The notes beneath the pieces are model-generated. The model ran no database searches. It was not told the origin of the DNA and saw nothing but the letters and a program-made list of their open reading frames with translations. A stretch of 64,000 nucleotides of DNA from Alphaproteobacteria bacterium (GTDB taxonomy: Bacteria; Pseudomonadota; Alphaproteobacteria; UBA2136), in contig JBLILN010000001.1 of the NCBI GenBank assembly GCA_047635695.1, positions 46,559 through 110,558 on the forward strand, in the 5' to 3' direction. Made by a program: the position numbers and the translations under genes. Below, piece after piece: positions 41,792 through 52,404 of this stretch. Numbering within the stretch: the stretch's first letter is position 1; each line of letters opens with the position of its first letter.

Positions 41792-43882
41792 CTAGACGCT
41801 AGCGACCGTTTTAATTTTCATCCGAGGGTGAATTTCTGCCTGTGACATAACGCTAATAGAAGGCAGGGCACGCTCTAGCACGCTACGGACAAAGGGGCGC
41901 ATGGACGGTGACGTCAGTAAAATAGGCTGCAAGCCTGACATCATCTGCGTGTCGAATATATCGCGGGTTGTTTTTATGAACTGCTGTACCTTTGTCGGCT
42001 CCATCGCAAGTTGACGTTCGTCACCGTCTATATGGATGGACGACCCAAATTCTTTTTCCCAAACGCCGCTTAACGAAACAATGTTGATCACCCCTGTGTG
42101 GTCAAGGTGCGTTGTGCATATTTGACGGCTAAGGCGCTGGCGTACCATTTCAGTAAGCTGTGTGATGTTGCGAGTACTTTGAATACCGTCACTTAAAGAT
42201 TCTAAAATGGTAGGCAAGTCACGGATAGAAACACGTTCTGAAAGTAAGTTTTGCAATACTTTTTGTAACATACCAATGGTGATGGTTGTAGGTACAAGTT
42301 CATCAATTATCTTGCCGTGCTCATGACGGATTTCGTCGAGTAGTTTTTCCGTTTCATTACGGGTGAGAAGTTCAGCTAAATGATCTTTCACAATTTCTGT
42401 GAGGTGCGTGGTAATAACGGTCGCGCAGTCAACCACCGTATAACCATTGAAATTGGCTTCTTCACGTTTGCTTTCGTCAACCCATTTAGCAGGTAAACCA
42501 AAGGTTGGCTCAATCGTGTCTTCACCTTCCATAGGTGGCGCACTGCCTGTTGGGTCCATGGCCATCAAGCTACCTGGCTTAAGGCCACCGTTACCGGCCG
42601 AAATGTCTTTAATCGTAATTTGGTAAGCGCCACTATCGAGCTGCATATTATCTTGAATACGAATAGAAGGGACAACAAAGCCCATTTCCTTGGCCATTTG
42701 ACGACGCATCGCTTTAATTTGTTCGGTTAATTTACCGCCTTTGGCCTCGTCAATAAGGCCAAGTAGGCCATAACCAAGTTCAAGGCGTAATGTATCAATA
42801 TGCAAAATGCTGGCAATAGGTTCTTCTGAAGGCTTGGCTTCTTCCGCTTTTTCTTCGTCGGCATCCATTTGTACTTTGGCAGCGGCTTTGGATGTTTGTT
42901 GTTGTGTATAATAAGCCGTACCGCCTAGTAATGCGGCCATAAACCAAAATGGCAATATAGGCATATTTGGTAAGAGGGACAGGAAAAACATCAACGATGC
43001 AGCCATATAAAGCGGCACAGGGTTTTCAGATATTTGTGAAAATATCGCTTCACCTGCGGCTTCTTTAGAGCCTGATTTGGCTACTAAAATACCCGCAGCT
43101 GTTGAAATAACAAGGGCTGGAATTTGTGCAACCAGTCCGTCACCAACTGTAAGCAACATATAGCGGTCAGCCGCTTCACCCGCAGCCATATCGTAGGTTA
43201 CCATACCAATACCCATGCCAACAGTAATGTTGAGGGTGGTAATAATTAAACCAGCAATGGCATCACCACGTACAAATTTACTGGCACCATCCATGGCACC
43301 AAAGAAGCCTGTTTCTTGTTCAAGGTCGGCACGCCTTTGACGGGCATCGTCTTCTGAAATGAGGCCTGAGTTTAAGTCGGCGTCAATGGCCATTTGTTTA
43401 CCAGGGAGTGAATCTAAAGTGAAACGTGCGGCAACCTCAGCAATACGTCCAGAACCTTTGGTAATAACCACAAAGTTGACGATTACTAAGATCAGGAAAA
43501 TGATAAGACCAATAATAAATTGTCCACCCATCACCAGTTCACCGAATGTTTCAATAATTTTACCAGCGGCGGCGCCGTTTTCATGTCCGTGGCCAAGGAT
43601 AAGCCTTGTGGATGCAACGTTAAGGGACAAGCGTAACATGGTGGTAATTAAAATGAGCATAGGGAAGGCGCTAAATTCCATGGCTTTTTTTACAAATAAG
43701 ACAGTGAGTAATACAATGATGGCAGCGGTAATGTTCAGCGCGAACATAAGGTCTAAAAGCCATGCAGGAATAGGCACGAAAAGAAGGGAGAGTATAAAGA
43801 TAACTCCCATTGCCAGAATGATTTCACTCTGCTTCAGCGTGTTTAAAACACCGTTTATATTTTGTCTTGTTTTTGTCGCCAT
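41792..43882 (-). CDS. flhA: flagellar biosynthesis protein FlhA
   Basis: A type III export-gate membrane protein with 8 N-terminal TM helices plus a cytoplasmic domain. ATG at 43882 (MATKTRQ); the track start at 43900 is TTG. Confidence 0.9.
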   Translation of the reverse strand: MATKTRQNINGVLNTLKQSEIILAMGVIFILSLLFVPIPAWLLDLMFALNITAAIIVLLTVLFVKKAMEFSAFPMLILITTMLRLSLNVASTRLILGHGHENGAAAGKIIETFGELVMGGQFIIGLIIFLILVIVNFVVITKGSGRIAEVAARFTLDSLPGKQMAIDADLNSGLISEDDARQRRADLEQETGFFGAMDGASKFVRGDAIAGLIITTLNITVGMGIGMVTYDMAAGEAADRYMLLTVGDGLVAQIPALVISTAAGILVAKSGSKEAAGEAIFSQISENPVPLYMAASLMFFLSLLPNMPILPFWFMAALLGGTAYYTQQQTSKAAAKVQMDADEEKAEEAKPSEEPIASILHIDTLRLELGYGLLGLIDEAKGGKLTEQIKAMRRQMAKEMGFVVPSIRIQDNMQLDSGAYQITIKDISAGNGGLKPGSLMAMDPTGSAPPMEGEDTIEPTFGLPAKWVDESKREEANFNGYTVVDCATVITTHLTEIVKDHLAELLTRNETEKLLDEIRHEHGKIIDELVPTTITIGMLQKVLQNLLSERVSIRDLPTILESLSDGIQSTRNITQLTEMVRQRLSRQICTTHLDHTGVINIVSLSGVWEKEFGSSIHIDGDERQLAMEPTKVQQFIKTTRDIFDTQMMSGLQPILLTSPSMRPFVRSVLERALPSISVMSQAEIHPRMKIKTVASV

Positions 43883-44085
43883 AGGCGTAGCGTAACACAA
43901 GCTCAGCCAGTTTTACAGCAAACAACGACATTGGCAGATAGATCGTTATTTAAGGTTTGGCAATTAAGCCACTTTTTTTTGTTTAGGGCTTGAAATTATA
44001 AATAAAGTTACTATTTTAAAGGTAGCACTAAAAACTTGAGCTTTAACTCTATTCCTTTTTACTTAATCCCTTTAAGGGGAAAACT

Positions 44086-44523
44086 ATGAAATTCTTAACA
44101 TTTATTTTTATTGTAATACTACCTTTTTCTGCCTTATCAAGCGAAGTAGCTGGTGATAATAAAGAAGATCACCGATACGCTTGTGAGTCATTTGTGAAAC
44201 CAATCTATTTGAAACATCAAAAGGTATTGAAAACTTATTTTACAGAAAGTGTAGCTGGGGATGGTAGGACTTATGGGTTAGCAATTATTTATACTTATGG
44301 TTTAAACGGCTGGGCGTCTGCTTTAGGTTTACAAGTGATTATGGACGCGGCAACACAAAAACTTCACGATGCAGCTGAAGATTGTCAGACAGTAAAATCA
44401 TTGTCGGCTGACGATATAATTCATTTAAACACATATTTTACTGAAGTTAATACTAAGGTGAGGGTTATTGTAGATGATTTTATCAAAAATGTTTACAACC
44501 CCGCACATGTAAAGCCTGAATAA
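44086..44523 (+). CDS. hypothetical secreted protein
   Basis: Signal peptide MKFLTFIFIVILPFSALS, with a terminator after. Confidence 0.5.
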   Translation: MKFLTFIFIVILPFSALSSEVAGDNKEDHRYACESFVKPIYLKHQKVLKTYFTESVAGDGRTYGLAIIYTYGLNGWASALGLQVIMDAATQKLHDAAEDCQTVKSLSADDIIHLNTYFTEVNTKVRVIVDDFIKNVYNPAHVKPE

Positions 44524-44536
44524 CTGGATATCGGTT

Positions 44537-44570
44537 AAAAAAAAGCACTCTTGGGTGCTTTTTTTTTCGT
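44537..44570. terminator. bidirectional rho-independent terminator
   Basis: A8-gcac-tcttg-ggtgc-T9. Confidence 0.65.
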
Positions 44571-44578
44571 TGTCGCTT

Positions 44579-45748
44579 TTAACTAAATGCTTGGATACCT
44601 GTAAGTGCGCGGCCGATGATGAGTGCATGAATATCAGCCGTACCTTCGTACGTTACCACTGCTTCAAGGTTCATCAAATGGCGCATAATTTGATATTCGT
44701 CATTCACGCCGTTACCGCCGTGCATATCACGGGCAATGCGTGCAATCTCTAAGGCTTTTATTGTGTTGTTACGTTTGGCATAACTTGTCATGTGGTAGTT
44801 GTCTTGCCCACTATCTTTCAAACGGCCAAGCTGTAATGAAAGTAGGCGGCCTGTCGTAATGTCAGTACTCATGTTCGCGAGTTTGAATTGAATAAGCTGA
44901 TTGGCTGCAAGCGGTTTATTAAACTGTTTACGTTCCATTGTGTAGGCCATTGTTTGGTCAAGGCAAGCTTGCGCCGCACCCATGGCACCCCATGAAATAC
45001 CGTAGCGGGCACTGTTTAAACAGCTAAATGGTCCTTTAAGGCCTTTAACTTCGGGGAATTTGTTTTCTTCAGGTACGAAAACGTCTTGCATGACAATCAT
45101 ACCCGTTTCAGAAGCAAGGAGTGAAAGTTTACCTTCAATGGTTGGGCAGGTAAGGCCTTTCATGCCTTTTTCGAGCACGAAACCACGAATATCACCTTCG
45201 TCATCCTTCGCCCAAACAACCAATACGTCGGCAATAGGGCTGTTGGTGATCCATGTTTTTTCACCGTTTAAAAGGTAACCACCGTCTACGGTTTTAGCAC
45301 GTGTGCGCATAGATGATGGGTCAGAGCCTGCGTCAGGTTCGGTTAAGCCGAAACAACCGATATATTCACCCGTGGCAAGTTTTGGCAACCATTTTTCCTT
45401 TTGTGCATCGGGTGCAAATTCGCGAATAGGGTGCATAACCAAAGAACTTTGTACGCTTAAAAACGAACGAAAAGCACTGTCGCAATATTCAACTTCTTGA
45501 TTGACGAGGCCATAGGAAACATAGCCTAAATCGAGGCAGCCATAACCTTCAAGTTGTAGGCCAAATAAACCCATTTCTCCCATTTTGGCGACAATTTCAC
45601 GGGGGAATTTTTTATGACGGTTCGCTTGAATAATAAGCGGCTGAAGTTCACCTGTGACAAAGTCCCTTGTGGTATCACGTAACATGCGCTCATCTTCGCT
45701 TAATAAGCTTTCAATATTTAAAGGGTCTTGGGCGTTGAATGTTGTCAT
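44579..45748 (-). CDS. acyl-CoA dehydrogenase, glutaryl-CoA dehydrogenase-like
   Basis: ACAD fold (N-terminal, middle beta-barrel and C-terminal domains; YEGTxDIHALIxGRALTG). The track start is at 45763 and an alternative ATG lies at 45748. Confidence 0.8.
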   Translation of the reverse strand: MTTFNAQDPLNIESLLSEDERMLRDTTRDFVTGELQPLIIQANRHKKFPREIVAKMGEMGLFGLQLEGYGCLDLGYVSYGLVNQEVEYCDSAFRSFLSVQSSLVMHPIREFAPDAQKEKWLPKLATGEYIGCFGLTEPDAGSDPSSMRTRAKTVDGGYLLNGEKTWITNSPIADVLVVWAKDDEGDIRGFVLEKGMKGLTCPTIEGKLSLLASETGMIVMQDVFVPEENKFPEVKGLKGPFSCLNSARYGISWGAMGAAQACLDQTMAYTMERKQFNKPLAANQLIQFKLANMSTDITTGRLLSLQLGRLKDSGQDNYHMTSYAKRNNTIKALEIARIARDMHGGNGVNDEYQIMRHLMNLEAVVTYEGTADIHALIIGRALTGIQAFS

Positions 45749-45944
45749 AAGTTCAGCTCTCATATGTATTATTATTAATTTTATTTAACTAAAATACCAT
45801 GGTTTCGGCTAATGGCTCAAGTAATTGATTGTCTTGTACATGTTTTACTGCCTAAACTTTTATATACGAACAATATAACAAGGCAAAACCTTAAAAAATG
45901 AAGAACCTTAAAACTTGCTTTTGTAAATATACAGGAGAAATTAA

Positions 45945-47159
45945 ATGTCCATTCGCATAAAAATGATGCTGATCTTTTTTTGCCTTGCCACACTACCATT
46001 GGTTACACTTTGGGGTGCGCATAAAGACCTTCAAAAAAAGGCCACGCAAGATTTTTTATCCTTTATGGAAGGTACTTTTGTGGACTGGACAGACGGCGAG
46101 TTTGAAAGTATTTCACTCGATGCTTCCATTCACATGCGGGAGAAGATTTTATTTTTAAACAAAGTGGCTTCTTATCAAGCCAACCTACTCGAACGAGAGC
46201 TATTGACGCCTGAAGGTAAGGTGGAAAATGTTTGGCAACAAATGAGCCTCTCTAACTTTATGGGTTTTGCAGAAAGTACCTTGCATCAGGTTTCCCTTTT
46301 ATCGGGAGAACATAGCGCTTTCCCAAAAGAAGGATATAGCGACGTACAAAATAAGGTTTGGTATCAAAATGCCTTGAAATCAAAGGAAATTATAACCCTG
46401 ATTGATAATGATGCGGGCACATTTTTAGAACCTGAATTTGTATTGGCAAAGTCATTGAAAAACTCAAATGGACGTGTTTTAGGGGTGAGCTCTATCCATT
46501 TTAAATTACCTGGTATTTTTCCAAGTAAAGGCAGTTTTGCTTTGAGTAATAGCACTTATAGAAATAGCAGTATTGAAGGTTTTCTTTTAAGTGTCGATGA
46601 TAAAGATACGATGAATGTTATTGTAACACAGAGACGAGATTATAGGTCTCCTGCTTTGAATTGGAATATTCCTTTTTTACCAGATACTTTAGATAATAAA
46701 AAAGAAGTCATTGAAAAAATAAAACAAAAAGTACTGCGTGAAAAACGTATCTATATTGTTAAAACGGCATTAGGAGGTGAGCGCTACTTGTGGTCCTTTT
46801 CACCCGTGGGTGACGATAATATCGTGCTTGCCATTTTAAAACCCCTCGAGACGGTCAATGACCAAGTGGGCGTGGTGACATCTGTAGGTGAAACAGTTTT
46901 ACTAAATCAACAAAATAAATTTATGTTGGTTTGGGGTGGGTCTATATTATTTGCTGTTATTATTTCGCTGTTTTGTTCTTTCTTCTTTGTACGCAGACTT
47001 AAAAAACTGATTTATTCTATAAACCGTGCAGAAGAAGGCGCACCCTTTGCTTTTGAACATGAAGGGGGCGGTGACGAAATTAGTGATTTATCGTACAGCA
47101 TAGAAAGTTTTATGCGTCACCAAAAAGAGAAAGATGCAAAACCCCCACCAACGCTCTAG
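45945..47159 (+). CDS. hypothetical membrane protein with periplasmic sensor-like domain
   Basis: An N-terminal TM helix, an approximately 300-aa extracytoplasmic region, a second TM helix (ILFAVIISLFCSFFFV) and a short cytoplasmic tail. SD AGGAGA. Confidence 0.5.
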   Translation: MSIRIKMMLIFFCLATLPLVTLWGAHKDLQKKATQDFLSFMEGTFVDWTDGEFESISLDASIHMREKILFLNKVASYQANLLERELLTPEGKVENVWQQMSLSNFMGFAESTLHQVSLLSGEHSAFPKEGYSDVQNKVWYQNALKSKEIITLIDNDAGTFLEPEFVLAKSLKNSNGRVLGVSSIHFKLPGIFPSKGSFALSNSTYRNSSIEGFLLSVDDKDTMNVIVTQRRDYRSPALNWNIPFLPDTLDNKKEVIEKIKQKVLREKRIYIVKTALGGERYLWSFSPVGDDNIVLAILKPLETVNDQVGVVTSVGETVLLNQQNKFMLVWGGSILFAVIISLFCSFFFVRRLKKLIYSINRAEEGAPFAFEHEGGGDEISDLSYSIESFMRHQKEKDAKPPPTL

Positions 47160-47163
47160 CGCT

Positions 47164-48312
47164 TTAAGATAAAATACTGCGTGCAATCACAATGCGTTGT
47201 ACTTCTGATGTGCCTTCACCAATTTGTAAAATACGTTGGTCACGCCAAAAGCGTTCGACCGGGTATTCTTTCATGAGGCCATATCCACCATGAATTTGAA
47301 TAGCCATGTCTGTCACTTCACCTGCCATTTCTGTGCAAAAAAGCTTCGCCATTGCCGCTTCTTTTGTAAAACGGACATGCTTGTCACGTAGCGGACAAAT
47401 GCTGTAAAGGAAGGTGCGTGCATGTTCAATTTTCATTGCCATGTCGGCAAGCTTGAATGAAATGCCTTGAAAATCAGCAATAGCATGGCCAAATTGTTTG
47501 CGTTCTTTAGCATATTCAATAGCCGCTTCATAAGCGCCTTGCGCGGCACCTAAGGCCATGGCTGCAATACCCAGTTTACCACTGTCTAATGTTTTAAGCA
47601 TTTGCTTAGAACCTTCGCCAAGCTTGCCTAAAATATGTGCGTCTGTTACTTCAACGTCGTCAAAATAAACTTCAGCTGTGTCCGACGCACGCCACATTAA
47701 TTTTTCATGCATGGGTTTTGTGCTTAACCCTTTGCTACCCGCTTCAACAATAAAACAAGTGAGCTCAGGCGAACCATCGGCCTTCTCCCCAGTTTTTGCT
47801 TGCACGGTAATGCCTGCATTCATAGAGGTAGATGCATTGGTGATGAATATTTTAGAACCGTTAATTACCCATTTATCAGCCACTTTTTGAGCGGTTGTTT
47901 GCGTACCGCGTGAGTCTGACCCTGCGTTGGATTCTGTGAGGCCAAACGACCATAATTTTTCACCTGTACAAAGGGCAGGGAGATATTTTTGTTTTTGTGC
48001 GTCACTGCCAAAATAAACAAGTGGGCCACAGCCAAGCGAATTGTGTGCTGTGACGGTTGCGGCTTGTGAACCATCCACGCGGGCTATTTCTTCCATGGCA
48101 ATAACATATGAAAGTGTGTCCATGCCGTGGCCACCAAATTCTGTCGGTACATAAATACCAAATAAGCCAAGCTCACCCATTTTTTTGGTGAGGTCTTCAC
48201 AAAATGTTTCGCTATCTTCAAGTTTAGCGGCCACAGGTTTAATGTCGCTTTCTGCAAATGCGCGTACGGCGTCTCTTAGTAAAATATGTTCTTCTTTTAA
48301 AAGGTGGTTCAT
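47164..48312 (-). CDS. acyl-CoA dehydrogenase (short/branched-chain type)
   Basis: 382 aa with canonical ACAD motifs and a C-terminal QIxGGxG. Confidence 0.85.
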   Translation of the reverse strand: MNHLLKEEHILLRDAVRAFAESDIKPVAAKLEDSETFCEDLTKKMGELGLFGIYVPTEFGGHGMDTLSYVIAMEEIARVDGSQAATVTAHNSLGCGPLVYFGSDAQKQKYLPALCTGEKLWSFGLTESNAGSDSRGTQTTAQKVADKWVINGSKIFITNASTSMNAGITVQAKTGEKADGSPELTCFIVEAGSKGLSTKPMHEKLMWRASDTAEVYFDDVEVTDAHILGKLGEGSKQMLKTLDSGKLGIAAMALGAAQGAYEAAIEYAKERKQFGHAIADFQGISFKLADMAMKIEHARTFLYSICPLRDKHVRFTKEAAMAKLFCTEMAGEVTDMAIQIHGGYGLMKEYPVERFWRDQRILQIGEGTSEVQRIVIARSILS

Positions 48313-48339
48313 AAGTTATTTCTTCTTTTGTTATGGTTA

Positions 48340-51300
48340 TTACGTTTGTGTATCGTTAAATGCCGTTAATAATAATTTTTCTTTTGCTTTAGCGGCTATA
48401 AAGTTGTTTTGTTTAATATGCCCGTAACCTTTAATGTCTGCAGGGATACTTAAAATATCTAAAGCAAGTTTAACATTGTTTTTGTCTAGGTTATTTAAAA
48501 CATGGTGCACACATGTAAAATAGTCGTCTATCAGTTGACGTTCCATTTGACGTTCAGCGTTATAGCCAAAAACATCAAATGGCGTGCCACGTAAAAACTT
48601 AAGTGTTTTAAGTAGTTTAAACACAACCATCATCCAAGCGCCAAAGCGCATTTTAGCTGGCACTTCACCTTCTTTAGGTTTGGTGAGTGCGGGCGGTGCG
48701 AGGTTAAATTCAATTTTAAAATCACCGCTAAAGGCATGTTTTAAACTTTCCATAAAGGCCTGGTCTGTATAAAGCCTTGCCACCTCATATTCGTCTTTGT
48801 AAGCCATCAACTTAAAGGCGTTTTTGGCAACGGCTTCTGTTAGTTCGTCATTTTTATGCGTCTTTACTTTTTCAATAAGTTGTAAATATTTAAGCGCATA
48901 GGGTGTATTTTGATAATCGCTTAAAAAGTTAGATCTTGTTTCAATAACATCGTCTAAACTTTCTGATATTTTAATACGGTGAGCGGGTTTATCTTGCTCT
49001 GCTAATACCTTAAATACTTTGTCAGGGTCATGCGCCATGAGGCGCCCCCATGTGAGGGCTGTTATGTTCATATCAACCGCAACACCGTTGATGCGTAAAG
49101 CATTTTCAATGGCTTTTAAACTCACAGGAATAAAACCACATTGAACGGCATAGCCAAGCATAAACATGTTGGTGGCAATGCTGTCACCCATCAGTTTTGT
49201 TGCAATGTCGGACGCATTAACGTGGTCGGTTAGGTCAGCGTTTAAAGCTTTTTCGATATCCGTTATAATATCATTTTTATGGTTAGACGCCGTGGTGTCG
49301 AGGGTAAATTCTGCTGTGGGTACAAAGTGGCTATTCATAATAGCCTTTGTTTTTTCTTTGTTTAAATAGGGTAAAATATCATGGCTGGCGCTCACGACAA
49401 TATCACACCCCAGCAACAGGTCAGCGCTGGCAGTGGATACACGCACACTGTGTAAATCGTCTACGTTTTTTGCAATTTTTAAGTGGCTGGCAACGGCGCC
49501 ATTTTTTTGTGCGAGACCTGTTTGGTCAAGTACTGTCACACCTTTACCTTCGCTATGTGCGGCCATGCCCAAAATAGCACCGATGGTAATAACACCCGTA
49601 CCACCCACACCTGTAATAACCATATTAAATGGTTTTTTGAGCGGCGCTTCAATCGTTTTAGGGATATCTTTAAAGAGGGCTTCAAGTCGGCTACTGTCGA
49701 CCTTTGTTTTGCGTGGTTCACCACCATAAACGGTGACAAAACTTGGGCAAAAACCTTTAACGCATGAAAAGTCTTTGTTGCAGGTTGACTGGTTAATTTG
49801 GCGTTTACGGCCAAACTCTGTTTCTTTCGGTTCAATGGAAACACAGTTTGACTGTTCGCTACAGTCGCCACAGCCTTCACAGACAAGGTCATTAATGAAA
49901 ACACGTTTAGCTGGGTCGACCATTTGCCCACGTTTACGACGGCGGCGTTTTTCAGCGGCGCAAGTTTGGTCATAAATAATAACAGTGGTGCCTTCAACTG
50001 TTTTAAGGCGGTCCTGAATTTGGGCGAAATCATCACGGTGGTGTACAGTTACTTTGGGTGGAAATGGTGCGCTGTATTTTTTAATATCATCGCTCACAAT
50101 AACAATTTCTTTCACACGTTCACCGTATAACTGCCATGCGATATTATTAACGGTAGAGCTTCCCTCAACAGGTTGTCCACCTGTCATCGCCACGGCGTCG
50201 TTATATAAAATTTTGTAAGTCATGTTAACCTTGGACGCTACAGCTGCGCGAATAGCCAAAATACCGCTATGCTCATAAGTGCCGTCACCAAGGTTGGCAA
50301 AAACATGTTTTTCAGAAGTAAAGGGTGCTTGCCCTAACCACTGCACACCTTCGCCACCCATTTGCGAAAAGACGTTGGTGTTACGGTTCATCCACATCAC
50401 CATAAAATGACAACCAATACCTGCAAGGCCTCGGCTTCCTTTAGGTACTTTGGTCGACGTGTTATGCGGGCAACCCGAACAGTAATAAGGTAAACGGGTC
50501 GATTTGTTTATATGGTCTGCCATTTCAACGTCTTTTTGTGCCAACTGGTTGAGCCTGTTTATAATGACATTACCTTGTTTAGCGACACCTAAATGGTTCA
50601 CAATAGCGCGGGCAATTTGCGCAATACTCAATTCACTATGAATGGGTAGTTGATAAAATTTATTTAGATCATGTTTACCCGTTACCTGTGGGCGCATGTC
50701 AGTATCAAATAAAATTTCTTTAAGTTGTTTTTCTATTGTTGGGCGTTTTTCTTCTATGACCAATATACGTTCTAAACCCTTGGAAAATTCTTGAAGGCGC
50801 TTTGCTTCTAGTGGCCAAACCATACCTACTTTATAAATGCGTACACCTAAATTCGTCAGTTCTGTTTGACCAAGGCCTAGTTCTTCGAGGGCACTGAGCG
50901 TATCAAGATACGACTTACCTGTCGTTACAATACCAAGATTCGCCTTGTCATTTTTATAGATAATTTTATCAATGTTATTTTCGTAGGCAAAGGCTTTGGC
51001 CGCCTCTGATTTTTCCTTGAGGCGTTTTTCTTGGTCGAAGCGGTTGTCGGGGTAATGAACGTTGAGGTCTTCTGATTTTTTAAAATCTTTAGGTTCAATC
51101 GTTTTAAATGTTTTATTTAAAACAACAGACGCAGAACTTTCAACAATTTCGCTGATACATTTCAGGGCCACAATACCGCCCGTGTAGCGGCTCATGTCCC
51201 AACCGATCATGCCATAGTCGAGGTATTCTTGAATGGATGAAGGGTACAATGTCGGTATATCAGCAGATGCTAATGCTTGTTCACTTTGGTGTCCAAGGGT

Positions 51301-51783
51301 GCTGGATACACAGGCATGGTCGTCGCCAACAATAGCGAGAAAGCCACCGTTTTTTGATGTGCCGTTTGCGTGCGCATGTTTAAAGCAATCGAGTGCTCTG
51401 TCAACGCCTGGGCCTTTGCCGTACCACATGCCGAAAATGCCGTCATACTGTGCGCCTTCGTATAGGTTGCTCATTTGGCTACCCCAAACGGCAGTGGCGC
51501 CGAGCTCTTCATTAATGCCTGACGTAAATGTGATGTGATGTTCTTTTAATAAACTTTCAGCTGCCCATAATTGTTGGTCTAAACGGGCAAGGGGTGAGCC
51601 ACGATAGCCCGAAATAAAACCAGCTGTATTAAGCTTTTTGGCCATGTCGGCCTTACGACGCATAAGTGGTAAACGTACAAGCGCTTGTGTGCCTGTTAAA
51701 AAGGCGGTGCCTGTTTCAAGCGTGTATTTATCGTCTAATTTGACATGAAGTAATTCTTTTTGTGTTTGTTTTTTTGTCGTCAT
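48340..51783 (-). CDS. indolepyruvate/2-oxoacid:ferredoxin oxidoreductase, fused alpha-beta
   Basis: 1147 aa with TPP-binding regions and two 4Fe-4S cysteine clusters (CSGCPHN, CEGCGDC). It matches the fused IOR family that sits next to acyl-CoA dehydrogenases in alphaproteobacteria. Confidence 0.85.
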   Translation of the reverse strand: MTTKKQTQKELLHVKLDDKYTLETGTAFLTGTQALVRLPLMRRKADMAKKLNTAGFISGYRGSPLARLDQQLWAAESLLKEHHITFTSGINEELGATAVWGSQMSNLYEGAQYDGIFGMWYGKGPGVDRALDCFKHAHANGTSKNGGFLAIVGDDHACVSSTLGHQSEQALASADIPTLYPSSIQEYLDYGMIGWDMSRYTGGIVALKCISEIVESSASVVLNKTFKTIEPKDFKKSEDLNVHYPDNRFDQEKRLKEKSEAAKAFAYENNIDKIIYKNDKANLGIVTTGKSYLDTLSALEELGLGQTELTNLGVRIYKVGMVWPLEAKRLQEFSKGLERILVIEEKRPTIEKQLKEILFDTDMRPQVTGKHDLNKFYQLPIHSELSIAQIARAIVNHLGVAKQGNVIINRLNQLAQKDVEMADHINKSTRLPYYCSGCPHNTSTKVPKGSRGLAGIGCHFMVMWMNRNTNVFSQMGGEGVQWLGQAPFTSEKHVFANLGDGTYEHSGILAIRAAVASKVNMTYKILYNDAVAMTGGQPVEGSSTVNNIAWQLYGERVKEIVIVSDDIKKYSAPFPPKVTVHHRDDFAQIQDRLKTVEGTTVIIYDQTCAAEKRRRRKRGQMVDPAKRVFINDLVCEGCGDCSEQSNCVSIEPKETEFGRKRQINQSTCNKDFSCVKGFCPSFVTVYGGEPRKTKVDSSRLEALFKDIPKTIEAPLKKPFNMVITGVGGTGVITIGAILGMAAHSEGKGVTVLDQTGLAQKNGAVASHLKIAKNVDDLHSVRVSTASADLLLGCDIVVSASHDILPYLNKEKTKAIMNSHFVPTAEFTLDTTASNHKNDIITDIEKALNADLTDHVNASDIATKLMGDSIATNMFMLGYAVQCGFIPVSLKAIENALRINGVAVDMNITALTWGRLMAHDPDKVFKVLAEQDKPAHRIKISESLDDVIETRSNFLSDYQNTPYALKYLQLIEKVKTHKNDELTEAVAKNAFKLMAYKDEYEVARLYTDQAFMESLKHAFSGDFKIEFNLAPPALTKPKEGEVPAKMRFGAWMMVVFKLLKTLKFLRGTPFDVFGYNAERQMERQLIDDYFTCVHHVLNNLDKNNVKLALDILSIPADIKGYGHIKQNNFIAAKAKEKLLLTAFNDTQT

Positions 51784-51974
51784 ATTCAGCCCCTTAAAGG
51801 TATAAGTCCGTCAATATGAGAACACAAATTTCATAATTTGTAAAATTAGGAATAACCACCTAAGCGTCATTTGTTACCCTATCATATATATCTGCGTTCA
51901 TTATTTTGACGATTTAAAAATTTAGACATAAAAAAAAGGCAGCCGAGGCTACCTTTTTAAGTTCGATATTTTAA

Positions 51975-52247
51975 TTAATTTTGTGGTGGAGGGTTAAAAT
52001 CTTCATTGACGCAGGTTTCTAATGTTTTGGTGGGATGGTTTGCACAATCTATCATGCGTCTACCATCTTCGGTGATAAACAAAAGCGCACACATTACAAT
52101 CAAACCAACAATGGTCATTTTATAACCACTCATAATATTGAGGACTAAAAGTAACATAATGGGTGTGGATATCATAGCTAGTAGCCAATATTCACCAAAA
52201 AAATTTCTTACTGTATCGGAGGAAACGAAAGCATCAGCTTCCTCCAT
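51975..52247 (-). CDS. hypothetical small membrane protein
   Basis: 90 aa with two TM helices. Confidence 0.4.
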   Translation of the reverse strand: MEEADAFVSSDTVRNFFGEYWLLAMISTPIMLLLVLNIMSGYKMTIVGLIVMCALLFITEDGRRMIDCANHPTKTLETCVNEDFNPPPQN

Positions 52248-52404
52248 AATAAAACCTCATAGTGAGTGTGTAAAAAGGTATGGTAGATACGTGTATCTGA
52301 CTGGAATGTATACTATTACTTGGGATGGGTCAAGCAACTACCGTAAAATGAAAGAAAATAAAGATATGAATTCAGTGGGATTAATCGGGTTAAGCGCCGC
52401 GCGC

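Noticed and set aside
43359-43895. 178-aa plus-strand ORF
   Set aside because: It is antisense inside flhA. It is a shadow ORF.
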